From contig BDGG01000001.1 of assembly GCA_001949185.1 (NCBI GenBank), forward strand, positions 3,675,324 to 3,739,323: a DNA stretch of 64,000 bases, in the 5' to 3' direction. Positions 49,260 through 63,470 of the stretch are shown piece by piece. Numbering within the stretch: position 1 is the stretch's first letter; every line of letters starts with the position of its first letter. A program made the translations under genes and the position numbers. Origin of the DNA: Ramazzottius varieornatus (Eukaryota > Animalia > Tardigrada). A model generated the notes under the pieces. The model ran no database searches and had not been told where the DNA came from. It saw nothing but the letters and a program-made list of their open reading frames with translations.

Positions 49260-52090
49260 CTGAACGGTCACGTTCCCACACCACAACATAAGTTAAAGTA
49301 GTCTACCCGGTAACGCTGTTGTTTTCGGAGGCGCCAAACGTGCGAAAAGATTCGAGGTTTGGGGATTCAGACTGACGTGCTAAAAGAACTGGCATGTCGT
49401 TCGAAGATCGCGGCACGTTGAGCCGATATCGCCGAAGAAAACAAGAGTTTGGCGACGGTAGATTGTGGAGATTAGTCTAGATATGCCACTGCAAATACAT
49501 CGAAGGAGGACCGGTCGGACAGGTGGTGTTCGTTATATTTTCGTTGGTCTTGTTTGGCCAACAGCGCTCCGTGCAATAAATTGGTGGTCTCTATCCCAAT
49601 CTGTGTTGAATATCGTCGATGCGTGCAATTTGTACAAAAACGAGTTATGACTTTCAGAAGTGGTCAAGTGGTCCAACACTGTATGTATTTTAGGCATGGA
49701 CTTTGAAATGACCATCCAAGACGTCAACATTGAGCCTTGACGAACACCTGAGATCTCTTTTGGTGTGGCGAGGTACAGCACGTACGGTGAAAGGGCAGCA
49801 TAATTAAATCCATAAATATCCTATATACACACCGCTTACAGACAAGTTCCTCGTTCATGTCAACACCTTGCAAGACTGAATGAACCTAATTAAAATTATC
49901 TGTCACATTATGCAGACATTGCTCTCGAAATATGGCTTTTTTCCATTGCAGAATAAATCAATCCGCCTAACTTTCTCGGACTTGCGCCACCTGATCGAAT
50001 GTCTGTCGATATTTCGAGCTCGAGCTCAAGTAGATTCCAGAGGTACTTAACCTGAGTGTTTGGAAGAAATTTGAAGAAAAATTCCGAGCTTTACCCTAAG
50101 GTTCCCCAGCAAGTTACGCACTTGACAGCAGAGTGGAGGTCCACTCGAAAGTCCCGATGCAATTGTTTACCGCCTGTTTGTAAGAGTATAATTTCTTAAG
50201 TGTCTTATTGCAGTATTGCATGGACTCTTCAAACAATCATACGCTCCTTGCAAGATGCTGGCACGGACTTCCGGTTGCTTGTCATCAACACAGGGTAAAC
50301 ATATCGAGCTGACAAAAGAAATTCCATAATCAAGCGCAAACACGCTGACCTGTTGCCCGGTGTGTGCTGAGATACCGCACCTCGGACCTGTAGGACCTTG
50401 CAAACAATGGACCGCCAGGACCGAAACGCGATCCTCGTCGACGCGAGGAAAACTCTCTAACAGACAATGGACTGAAATTATTATCAGTTATTTCTACTAG
50501 CGGTAGTTTTAGAATTCTTTTCTTGAGCATAAACAAAAGTTACATTATCACGCCGCGTTTTTACCCGTCATCAATCCCAACCCGCGAGCTTGCCGCGTTA
50601 GCTACTTCCGACAGAAATATACAACGGAAATGCAGCTTCGATGTTCGTCACTTATCCAATTACCTTTTCAGGACATCGCAAAGCCTATTTGGATTAGCAA
50701 AGATGTGTCCGAGATGTCGCGAGGACCGACTGCCGGCTCAAAAGGGAGGAGAAGCAAACGAGCAGGACGGAATGAGGGCTAATAATCCAGATTTGGACGG
50801 CTGTAAATAATGGGTCGACAAAAATTACTGGAATGGATGTAGTCTTTACCGGTAAGTATTGATAATAACTCGAGCAACAGTTAGCCTGTCCGACCGGTAT
50901 GGGCCACTATGCATCATGCTCGATTTCGGCTGTTTGTTAGTGCAAGGTTGAAAGTGGTCAAGCCGTGTGTATAGCAGAGTTCCACCTGTCTAAAATGGCC
51001 TCCGATGAACCTTTCGACGATTCGCTGCTACCTTTGGCTAAAAAGTCGGAGATTAGCTGGCTCGAGGTGGAGGGCGGCCTGACGATCAATCATCAAGTAC
51101 CCGCCTAAGTGGAAACACGCAGCGACACCAGTGATAAAGTTTTACAGCTTCCGCGACTCCATTGTATGCTGAGACCTGCTGGTTTCGTGTACGGTATTGT
51201 CGCGGACACCGGTAGCAATTGCCGGCAAAAGCGAAGATTAATGTTGACAAGAGTTGTAGCAGTCTGCAATTTACAGCTAAATCCCATCAACAATCGCTCT
51301 TGGCCATTAGCTTGTTGCACGGAAGACCTTCAATTGGTTTTGCAAATTCTTCCGTATTAATAAACCATTCGTCCGTATCGAGCACGATTACAACATCGCG
51401 AAAGCTGGCGTTGCGTTCCTGCGAATTGTATAGCACAAGATGTTTCGCTTTCCGCCATTGAATACGAGACCTCCGCTGGTTCCCCGCCGTCTGCCTACGA
51501 TGGTTGGCTCTGGCACCCTCAGCTACGGATCGTTGTGCACGATTATTATTTGTGTGAGATACACCGAAACTTATAATATGCCACCTCGAAGGTTGTACAT
51601 AGAAGGAGAAAGAGAATCTTGAAAGGTCTAAGGACGATTGTCTTATATGTAACAACATCAAACCATATCGCAGTGAGGCGGACACGTGAAACTCGTGTTG
51701 TGGGCCTGTTGGCGTCCGAAGTTTTGTTTGAACTCTTTGCTGTACGAGTACACAATCGCGGTAGATGGAACGATGCGGTCAGTTTCACAGAGCTTCTCGG
51801 TTTGACTAGAGTCCTCGGAGATTGATAGGATATTAATTAACGAAATCTTTCATTGCAGCCTGAGAATCGCCGGAGGTCGACGAGAACTAGGCGGATGAGC
51901 ACAAGATGCATGCAATGGAAATTCGTTGGCCGAGTTCCGTGATGTGGAAAATAGGTGAGACAAAATCAGATTGGTTTCGAATGGACTATAACTTCATTTC
52001 TGCGACACACCTGCATGAAGTTCCTCTCTCTACATCACTTTATATTTTAGTATTCCACGAAACTTTCACTTGGAGCAGCCGAATAATACC

Positions 52091-53177
52091 ATGCCGGTTC
52101 TCAAAGTACGGGTTGTCGGATTTGTCGCTTCCGGTGAGTATAAGTTGGCTACTAACATTTGCGTCAGAGGAGATTTCCGGTATTCTAACCACCATTTATT
52201 TATAGTGCTTCTCACGCTTGGTAAATTCGTGTCTCCCTTCGGCGGCGGTTATGGAGGGTTCGGAGGTTACGGCGGACTCGGCGGAGGATACGGTGGAGGC
52301 TTCGGAGGATATGGGGGCTTAGGAATCGGAGCAGGTTTCGCATTATGGGGCGGCTATCCTGGTTTTGGTTATCCTTGGTTAGCGCCGCCTCTTGGATTCC
52401 AAATTAACACTGGTTCGATCTACGGTACTCCCGGAATCGGTTTCTACAATCCTGGTCCGCGAAAGTCCTACATCACTTCCGGAGGCGCAGGAGTGGGTGG
52501 TACGGCCAATCCACCAGGTACTGCAAGAGCGGGCTCTCCTGGTGGGCCTGGCGGTGCTGGTGGTGGACGAGCACAGGCTGGCGCACAAGCTCAGACTGGA
52601 GGACCGGTCGCCAATACTGCCGGAAGCACCAACGCTGCAAGTCTGCCCGGATCAGCCGCTCAACAAGCGGGCAACCCCCAGGTACGGATTTTTGTATCCC
52701 ACAGGAAAAATCTAGATTAATAATAATAGCGGTTTAATTAGCTGAAGGGCCAGATGCAGGAAAAGCAGTCAGAAACAGTAGTTACCGGAATATAATTTAC
52801 CAACAAAACGTATCTTATGATATAAAATAATGAAATTGCAGGGGCAGAACAATCCGAATTTACCAACGGGAGCAGGAGCTGTTGTTGCTGGAAGTGCGGG
52901 CTCTCAGTCAAGCGGGGGCACTTCCAGTTTGCAACAAGGGATGACAGCTGTTAACGGCAGCAGTGGTGGCGGAAATGGTGGCGCCAGCGGCGGAGGCGCT
53001 GGGATCGGTGGCGGTGCAGCATCAGCCTCGGGATCGGGAGCGTCTGCAGCGAGCGGATCGTCTGGTACTGGAGGCGGTGGAGGTGGTGGTAGTGTTGGAG
53101 GTAGCTCATCGGGAAGTGGTGGGTCTTCGGGCGGAGGAGGTGGTGGCGGTGGTGGAGGAAGCGGTAGAAGGCGCTAA
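52091..53177 (+). CDS. Secreted glycine-rich low-complexity protein (cuticle/eggshell-like), 3 exons
   Basis: Signal peptide MPVLKVRVVGFVAS|VLLTLGKFVSP; GGYGGFGGY repeats; Gly/Ser/Ala tail ending GRRR; introns 52134-52206 and 52682-52841 keep the frame. Confidence 0.8.
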
Positions 53178-53926
53178 CTTAGGCCTAATGCCATTCTATG
53201 CGTTTGGCGTGAACGGACAACTCATTTCGCATCCTGCCGGGATCTCTTGCTTGCTATTATTCTAGTTTCTCATGGGATACGAAGTATAAATCGTTCTCCT
53301 GTATTGCTTCCTTTGTGGACCGTACAGTATGTGCAGTTTGAACCTTCCTTCAGTATTATATATTACCGTTCGGCCTTCGACTGGCATGTTTAATAAGCCC
53401 ATCATCGCCGTCTATAAATTCGAAATGTTCAAACAGTGGAATGCAAACTAAAGATAAGCATATCAAAGTCACGGAAAAACTAGGCTAACACTCGCCGCAT
53501 AAAACAGTAACGAGTACATGTGCCTGGGTCCTGGAAACTCGGAACCTGCTGAAGAACGTGGTGTCTACTTCCAGCGAGCGCTGCGCCATCTTCCTTTGTG
53601 GCCAACTAGGTTTTCGCACACGGTACTCGTCAGCGATGTTGAAAACTGTAGTTGACATCATCATTGCTCCACGTGTTAGATGATTGATTGCTTACCTACG
53701 CTGGGCATGATTCACCCTTTCCATCCCACTTGTCCATATGTGTTGTGTGCGCTGGATCGCGCACCGGGCTGATTTCGTATTAACTATCAAGCCATTCGTA
53801 GAGTTTTGAGTTCTTCGCAGTGATTCTTCCTCACCAGAGCTTCTCTTGGACCTTACGATCCTTCCAGCAATTGTTACATCGTTTCTGGGAAGTCTGCTTT
53901 GCTGCGAGACATCTGGTTTACCGGAA

Positions 53927-54636
53927 ATGGTACGTAGGATGTTGCTGCAAGCGGCCTAGATGTCTCTTACCGGGCGAATGTTCGTTAATGTTTGCTGCTA
54001 TGGGTTTAGGGTCGAGTCAGGACCAAGACCGTGAAGAAGGCATCCCGTTTGATTATTGAGAAGTACTACACCAAGCTAGGAAATGACTTCCACACCAACA
54101 AGAAGGTGATCGAAGAGGTAGCAGTTTTACCAACGAAGAAGCTGAGGAACAAAGTTGCTGGGTAAGTTTGATTATTGGTTGATTGATGGTTGTGTTATGC
54201 TCCGTCAGAATGTCCTGTCTTAAACTTCCAGTGTTTCTCTGATCTGTACCGTATGTGACTATGTGTTTACAGATTCATCACTCATTTGATGAAGCGTATC
54301 CAAAAGGCACCTGTCCGCGGAATTTCCATCAAGCTGCAGGAAGAGGAGCGAGAGCGTCGAGACAACTACGTTCCCGATATTTCCGTTCTGGACTCGCAGA
54401 ACAGCATCGATGTCGATCCTGACACCAGAGAAATGCTAACCAAGCTATTGAACTTCCCGGCCAAGATGAACAACATCAACGTGCAGAACGCTAATGCCGA
54501 TCAAGGTGCGGGAGGTTACCAGCAAGATCGTCGAGGAGGAGATCGTCGCGGTGGCCCAGGTGGTCCAGCTGGTGATCGTGGCCGAGATCGCCAGCCATTC
54601 GGTGGAGAACGTGCTAACGTCGCTGCCCAAGAGTAA
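53927..54636 (+). CDS. RPS17: 40S ribosomal protein S17 (eS17) with C-terminal extension
   Basis: M|[20 protein letters not shown]...KKLRNKVAG|[34 protein letters not shown]. Confidence 0.97.
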
Positions 54637-55118
54637 TTGTTTTTAACATCTGAATATATTGTGCAGTGCGAACGGAAAAGTTTCTTCTTACCATCTTGGG
54701 GTATCATCTACGTGTCACGTTGTAGAACAAAACAACTGTTGCGGCTCTTTTCTGCAAATGACTAGATCGGAAGAGCACTAGTAAGAAAGTATAGTACTGA
54801 GAATGCCATTGCTTGGCTCGCGTTGCGTGTTGTAACTTGCGTGCTTGAGAGTCCTGAGGTTTTTAGCGAAAGAGTTGGAATTTTCTTTTCAGGCGGCTGC
54901 TGCCCTGCAGCGCTTCAGCTCCTTTCCCGGATGACAGAATGGCGATTGAGAAATAAGATGATGAAGGCCTTCTTGATCCTTCCGACAGAAGTAGCTAACA
55001 AGGCCGCGCTGGCACCAACCTGATCGAGGTTTTGATTAGAAGGAATTGTTGGATGCACAGAGCAGGTTATGTGATCGGCCCATTCCTGCCAGGTATTTTG
55101 TGTGCTTCAGTGTGGATC

Positions 55119-56051
55119 ATGGGTCGAAGAAGACTACGGAAGATTGCTGCGCTTCTTGGACTCTGGCCAGTCCAGCATTCCTCGGCAACAGGTGAAGCTC
55201 GGGTACCCCGTCACTTCCGGTTGGAAGTCCGCTGCTTCTGGAAGACCTGGATAAAGAGCCGTGTAACTCTGTACTATTTCCTACTCTATAGAAAAAGACA
55301 AAAAAATGACCCATCATAATAGCCATGTCCGTGCTTCCACCCACGGAGGACGAGGGGGGCTTGACAAATGGCGAGGTGCTGGAAGACCAGGACGCAACAT
55401 CCGCAACCGCTCTACAGGAACCCGCAACATTCCATTTCATACACCCACCTTCAGACCATTCGCTCTGTTTGCTCCGTTGGACGATCAGCAAGACGAAGAC
55501 GACGCGTTTGCTGCTGGAGATAACCGAATGTCGACAGGTCTTGCAGTAGTTCACTACTTCTCTAAATAAGAAAGAAAGTCTGTCTAGCTTTCTGCTTGTC
55601 TTTTCCCGCAGTTAGAGCAACAACCAGAGCAAGGTGGCGCGGCTTCCGGTTCGGAAGACCTCGGCTATTACATTCGCCGGATGGCGACCGTGGATCCATA
55701 CTTCCGGTACTGCTTCCTCCACGGATTGGCTGGGAACGACAGGTATCTATTGCAGTCGCCACTTGTGCTTGAATGTAGCATGACAGTCTTTTCGTAGCGA
55801 GGTCTCTTCGACAATCTACCGATCTGGCAACAATGGGGCCAACCGTTAGGTCCCGGGATGGACACACGCACCCCTCCGGTTCCTGCACGACGATTACTAC
55901 GAGACCGCCGTTTGCTCTTCCTCAACCGGCCCACGCACCCAGTCAACTCTATTGCCACGCTGGAGTTCCCTATGCGACGCCGACGCTCTGGATCGAATAC
56001 ATTCTCCCACGAAACTCTTTCTATAAACCAACCCTAAAATGCGACTGTTGA
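55119..56051 (+). CDS. Hypothetical spliced gene, reading frame unresolved
   Basis: Plausible GT-AG introns at about 55192-55290, 55538-55611 and 55743-55797; two frames stay open across the junctions; no family recognised. Confidence 0.3.
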
Positions 56052-58351
56052 AAAGACCAAACGAGCTCTAAAAGCCCTTCTCAGGCAGCTGTTTTCATTC
56101 ATTCGGTGGTTATTGACCGCCACAAAGAAAAAGTAAAATCGTAACGGAACCGTTAGTAGCACATAAAGAACCATGAGACGGACGAAATCAAGACATTTTT
56201 GGCATTACAGTTGATATGAATAATTTGATCAATGTGACGCAGGGATGTTCCCTCCGCGTTTGCGGGGGAGGTATCATTGACAAATCGGTTTGATTGTGAT
56301 GCTATTGGCCATAGTTTCTCTTTTCACCACATTTTGTGAGTTGCCGGGTCATATTAGTTCCTCGTAATAGGCTATCTCGTAACCGAAAACTGATTTTATC
56401 ACAGATTTTTTCATTGAGTTGCTGTAAGTCATGTTTGATTGACCGAATGTTTGTGGGTATGAAATCGACGTACAATGTGGTGAATGCTTCAAAGCGAAGA
56501 AATTACAACACTTTGATTGTTACGGATCTACTGCGCGTGCCTTCGTTGTGTAACATCCCACCGAGAAACACATTTGAGTTCCATCCACGGAGGCGTCTTA
56601 ATCAAACTCACCTCCGCTTCCCAGCTGAGGACTGTAACGCAGTTGGAAACCCTGCTGTGAGACCTGAGAGCCACTTCTACCAACTTAACAAAGCGGCTTT
56701 TGGAGCCTTACCTTGACACCGAAAGAACTTGCTCGAAAGTGCCAAGAATGACCAATGTAGATCAGGTATTACGTCAATACAAAAAATAGAAGCCAACTTA
56801 ATGCCCAGCGGGAATGTCACAAGGATTCGCGCCAAAGCTCTGCCGGAGCGGATACTTGCGCAACGATGGTGAGTCGGCCGTACTGTTCCCGCTAGCCGAT
56901 TTGGCGAATCTTTCATAAACAAAACGTGGAGCCAAGCAGTTTGAATATCACATTGTGTATGCTGGTCCCATGCCAGATGTGTCATTAAGATCTGCGAAAA
57001 TCAAGACCAAAACCAACAACTTCAGATTCATATTGCCCTATAAAATCCGGGTCTTCGTTGTTGTTGTTCTGTTGTTATTGCCCGCATCTTTCATGCTTGC
57101 TGTTCCTGCTCATTTTGCTTCTCTTTTTCATCTGTGTGGTGCTTGCTCACTTCAATCATAGTTGCCATTTGGCAGAATTTGATATAGCTAGTCGTTAGAA
57201 GGCGAGTTACGAAAGATCCTGACTACTTTACCGCCGGTCTTGATCCATCATTCGCTACTTTGCTCAAGCTGTGACAGCTGATCAGCCATTCTTGTCAAAG
57301 TCGAGGTTTAATCCACTGCGGAGTGTCAAGCATATAACACAGAAATCACTTAGTATTTCTGTCGAATACCAAGTGATCTGTGTTCTTGCGGGCTACAGGT
57401 ACTTCCTGCTGATACTTTCAGTTCGGGGACCTGCTCCTCACTTCCGCACTGCCCAAGATCCACCCGGATCGAGGCATGCAAGCTCGCTGATATTCCACCA
57501 TACCATCTCACGACCCTTGACGCCCACGAGGAATCGCAGGAATATCCAACATTCTATTTGGATCTACCGGACTGCAGTTCGACTGAGATCCAGCCAAACA
57601 GGGAAGAGTTCCGTGGCACTTGACCGCCAGAGTAAGTCTCTTGTTTATTGGTATAGTTTGTCCCTAATTTTCATTGTTTTCTTTGTGCTTTCTCAAGTTG
57701 CACTTTCTTTCTGCTTTCACTTTCGGCTCATTGTTGAGGGTTATTCCCATAAGCCCTTGTGTCTGCAACAATGGATTTTGCTGTGCAAGTGGGTCACGAT
57801 TTGGCCTTGACCACTGCCCAAAATAACTGACGCATCCAGCTCTTCATTAACAGTGCAAAGCATAGCCCAAGGCAGTATTTCCCAAGTATCGTAAGCGGGG
57901 AATGCCAAGGGGACTTTGCAATAGAATTGTTCGCAGAGTTCTTTCGTGTTATCTTTGATCCGAGATGGAGTTGCATTAGCATTCCTAATGAAAACATTGC
58001 AATTTCGTTATACTTACTCGTATTGGCATATGTCATGTAAGTTGTATTGTGTTATTAGATTAGCATCTGTTACAATCAGTCTGCGGTTCAGTATGTGCCT
58101 CCATTAATATTTGGCCTGTTTGTTTTAGCGTAGCCGGCTGACATAAGGTCCGACACGAGGAACTCGTCAGCCGTAGCATGAATTCTTCCTTCCCCACAAT
58201 TCACACTTATGTGATTGTTGTAATATCGGCTTGCATCTCTATTGCACAATCCCAATGTGAGTTATCAACTTATCAACATAGCGACGTATTGTACACAATT
58301 TGTTGGTTTGCCTAGACAAAACTTGCTGACGCGTGTTTGACTTCCTTACAG

Positions 58352-59422
58352 TTTGTGGTCGTGCGCCGCCTATTGCACAAGCCCGGATCGTCGGTGGGCA
58401 GAGAGCTTTCTTCGGACAGATCCCGTGGCAAGTCTCCATACAGGCCTTCGGAACCCACTTTTGCGGTGCTGCCATCTTGAACGACAGATGGATCATCACA
58501 GCCGCCCATTGCGCTTCCGCGTAAGCTGGGAAAAGGACCTACAACAGCAAAAAATAAGATGGTTTTCTGTGGCGGCGATAATGTTCCTCGTTTTTAGGGT
58601 CCAACAGAACCAACTGCAGCTCGTTATCGGAGCCCTTGATATCACAAAGTTTGATGCTTTTCTGCAAATGATCCCCGAACAGCGTTTTGGAGCGGACCGT
58701 GTTATCCTCAACGAAAACTTCAACAGGAGACAGCTTCTGTTTGACATTGCTTTGATTCGTCTGGATGGGAGGATCAACTTTAACGGTCAGGCTCAGCCAG
58801 TATGCTTACCGCAGCAAGGAGAGGATTTCGTGGGATCTATGGGACTCATTTCCGGCTGGGGAAAGCTTGGCGAAAGTATGGAGAACCTTTCTCTACGAGC
58901 CAGCTGACATTAACGCGATGTCATTTTGCTTGTGGGAATATCGTTAACGTTTTCTACTTACAGATGACGTTGGGTCGTCGGCGCAGATGAACTTTGTTCA
59001 ACTGCCGGTTATGATGAACCGAGATTGCCAAATGATGTTCAGTAATCGAGATCCTCCTCAGAAAGTCATCATCCGTAACGAATGGATCTGTGCTGGATTC
59101 CGAGAAGGTGGCCGTGATGCATGTCAAGGAGACTCCGGCGGACCCATGACCGTTTTCAAGAATGGCGTCTGGGAACTTGCTGGCATCGTATCGGGTAAGG
59201 TCTGCGGAAATGTAAAAAATCGATCTTCAGTGAAAATCGTCCTGTGAAAAGCTAAATAGGGTAAACATGTCCAGCTAAAGTGATGAAAAGTCGCCTACCG
59301 CAGCTCTAACGTTGTCCGTTACAGGTGGATTTGGTTGTGCTAGAGCGAACTCGCCAGGTATCTTCACGCGTGTTGCAAGTTTCGTGGACTGGATCAACCA
59401 GAAAATCGCTGCGAATCCATAA
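58352..59422 (+). CDS. Trypsin-like S1A serine protease (catalytic exons; likely upstream exons at about 56299-56335 and 57422-57630)
   Basis: CG...R-IVGG activation site, [22 protein letters not shown] (Asp at S1 pocket), PGIFTRV. Confidence 0.93.
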
Positions 59423-59844
59423 ACAATTTGGCAAAAATCAGTTATCTGTAAACTGATAACCGCAGTGATCTGAAGGCAAAGTAGATCTTTGTTCGTTTAT
59501 AAAGGTTTTTTTGTTACGTATCTCGTTTTCTTGTTGAGATGACGCGTGAGGTACATGTCCTCCTCCGGGAAACTTTCTCCCTGACGAAACTACGCATTGC
59601 AGTTTGTGATCCTACATTGCTTGTAAATGATAAAAGAATAAGTACGAGGTACTAACCTTTTTCCGCACCTATGACGTACCAGTTCCATCTTGGCAGACCG
59701 CTAAAACTTATCGAGAAGCAGAAGCGCCCGTTTCCGGGTTGAAGCCAATCATACTCACGGTTTATTTCTTCACGGGCTTCGAGCGAAGATGACGCTAGAG
59801 AACGACAGCTGGAGAAACTACTGTATTTTTCTTTTTCAACCTCA

Positions 59845-60209
59845 ATGATGCACACCACGGTAAGCGCGAGAACCCAATCTGTCTACTTGAGTTTCATGTC
59901 ATCTGAGATGCCTTGATATCTCAGCTGTGGGTATCGGCAGCAACGATGCTGCTGATTCTGCCTTGCTTAGCCCTGGGAGCTTCCAGCGCATACTGGAATG
60001 GAGGGGAGACGCCGGGAACTGATGAAGAAGTTGCGCGGAGGAACTGTGGCTTAGGACATCCAGCTCTGTACGGCATGGGCATGCCCGGCACGAGTGGTAT
60101 GTATGGAGCTGTTGGGATCACACGAAGAAGACCCTCCATCGAGCAGCGCAATCTAATCCCCTTGTACTTCAACCTTCGAAAAGATTACGAGCCAGAGAAG
60201 AAAGCTTGA
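59845..60209 (+). CDS. Small secreted protein, neuropeptide-precursor-like
   Basis: Exon MMHTT (donor g|gtaagc at 59860) plus exon 59925-60209; signal peptide LWVSAATMLLILPCLALG; basic sites RR, RRR, R, RK, KK. Confidence 0.65.
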
Positions 60210-60348
60210 ATGAGAAGTTTACAGCCTTCAGCGACCTTGCTTCATACGTTGTTTTACGGATATAAGATTTGATGGAGTGAAACAAAAACGGCCAAAGGAC
60301 TGTTTCAACCGCGACCAAACTTATAGACCACATCACTTATCAATTTAA

Positions 60349-61599
<1,251 letters not shown>

Positions 61600-62206
61600 C
61601 CTGTGGCTGGCCAGGATCGGCGGAAGATGTTTCAAACTCCGGAACGTAAACTGAAGATCACGGGAGAAAAGGCAGACACGTAAAGGGGGAAGATCGCGGA
61701 GCTGGGAAAACTGAGTTGAAAATTTAAGAATCCCCTGTGTGACCTGTGCTTGCGCAACAGCCAGTCCCTCGGTGACCAGCTCCTCGCCCTGGGATCAGAC
61801 CCTGCAGACTGCAGACCGACCGGTAAGCCCGCGATATCAAATGTCATGTACAGTACTTGAGCAGGGGGCAGAATAGATCAGTAAGGCGGGGCTAGTTGGG
61901 GAAGTATGGAGCAAGAACAAGGAGAAAATTATCGTTAGTCTGCCAATCAAGATTGTCCAAGTAGGAGGACTTGTTTTCTAATTGGTCGTTTACGAGTATT
62001 CTTTGGTTTCATGCTCCACTCCATATGACGTAATCTGGCCACGCCTTACTGATCTACTCTGCCCACTGCTCATTTTATGAACGTGCCCCGGCTCGAACCA
62101 TCCCGTCATGACTCGTGACCCTCAAGTGGAAAAGCACTTGTTGCGGATTATAATTACGGATCTCGGATTTTCGGAACGACACTCTGGCAGACTTTTGTGT
62201 CTGATC

Positions 62207-63470
62207 ATGGACAATTTGCTGCTTCCCGTGCTTCATAGATCATCTCCTGGTTCGCGCATGCCTATGGAGCTTCCTATGGAAGACATCTCCCCACAAAGCC
62301 ATACGATGGAGGAGACGAAGGAGATCGATCAAAAGTTGGCAGAGGCTTCCGCCGGCACAACTATCCGCGACATCCCGGATCATCTTCTCATGGACGTCTT
62401 CGAGTATTTTGACGCTGTTACTCGTCTTCGCAAGCGAATGTAAGTTATCGCCGAGTTTATGGAAACCGTGGAAGCTAATACCAGACGGTTTTGCCAGGGT
62501 GTCCAAGGAATGGAAGGCCATGCTGAGCTCGCGCCAGCTAACAAGAAAACGCATCTTCCTGGACTTCGACATGTACTTCAAAGAGTCGGACCTTCCAGGC
62601 CGATTGAAGACTATAATGAAAGCCACGCCGACTACGGAGACGCTGAACCATTTTGAGAACAAGTTCAACCAAGTGCAAAGCCTCATGAGCAATTGCCTCT
62701 TTCGCCGTTTCGATGAAGCTGACACGCTGTATGTTCGCATCAACGAGCCTCTTCGCACTGTGGAAGCCTTGATCAAAGAGAAGAACTCTGACACGGCTGA
62801 AAAATTACGTGACATAGTTGAGAACGAGTTCATATCTCCTCTTCTGGCGTTCTCGCAGGCTCGGCGTCTCGTCTTTTGCGACAGTATGATGGAAGAGGAA
62901 TGCTTGGCTGTCGAGATTGTCGACGACTTCGATGCAGCTGGCGAGGACGAATGGGTGGACGTCCAATCACATCAAATCGGATTCAACCGCCCGCCATGGG
63001 CGAATTCTTACGTGGAAGAGATATGTATGCGAAACTGTGTGGTCGTTTTCGAGCCTATTGCGGAAAAATCCATGGAGCATCAGAAAGGATTTGTGGCTAA
63101 CTTGACATTCCAACTGGAAACTCGACCTCGTTACTCCGACATCATCTGTGCCGCCCTCGATGCTTCTACCTATCGGCCAACTCTTGAAACGTCATCCCAC
63201 ATCATCGCTAACATACTCACTTTTCACGAAGCGGAAATCGAGGATTTTCCCGGATTTTTGGAAGAAACACTGTGGGTAGCCTAATTTCATCCGCAGGAAT
63301 ACCGAAGACCATTACAGTATATATACTTTCACTCACCTGGTTTTGCGTTCTTTAGAAATGATGAAGTTGCGAATATCCCGGAAGAAATCAGCCGGAAGGC
63401 CCTCTCACAGATCGACTTTCCTAGTCTGAAGCATTCCTCCTTGTATCTTCTCCATAGAATTTACGGCTGA
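62207..63470 (+). CDS. F-box-like protein with unrecognised C-terminal domain
   Basis: TIRDIPDHLLMDVFEYFDAVTRLRKRM|VSKEWKAML across intron 62440-62498; second intron 63272-63355 inferred; the start could be 62108. Confidence 0.7.

Noticed and set aside
33274-51825. Many 60-190 aa ORFs in the ORF track
   Set aside because: No recognisable motifs or consistent splice chains; expected by chance in intronic and upstream DNA.
53600-54272. Possible C/D snoRNAs in RPS17 introns
   Set aside because: Only imperfect C boxes, no convincing terminal stem, and no exact rRNA antisense element that I could verify.
63282-63284. Apparent premature TAA in the F-box gene followed by 61 open codons
   Set aside because: An 84-nt GT-AG intron (63272-63355) removes it and keeps the frame.
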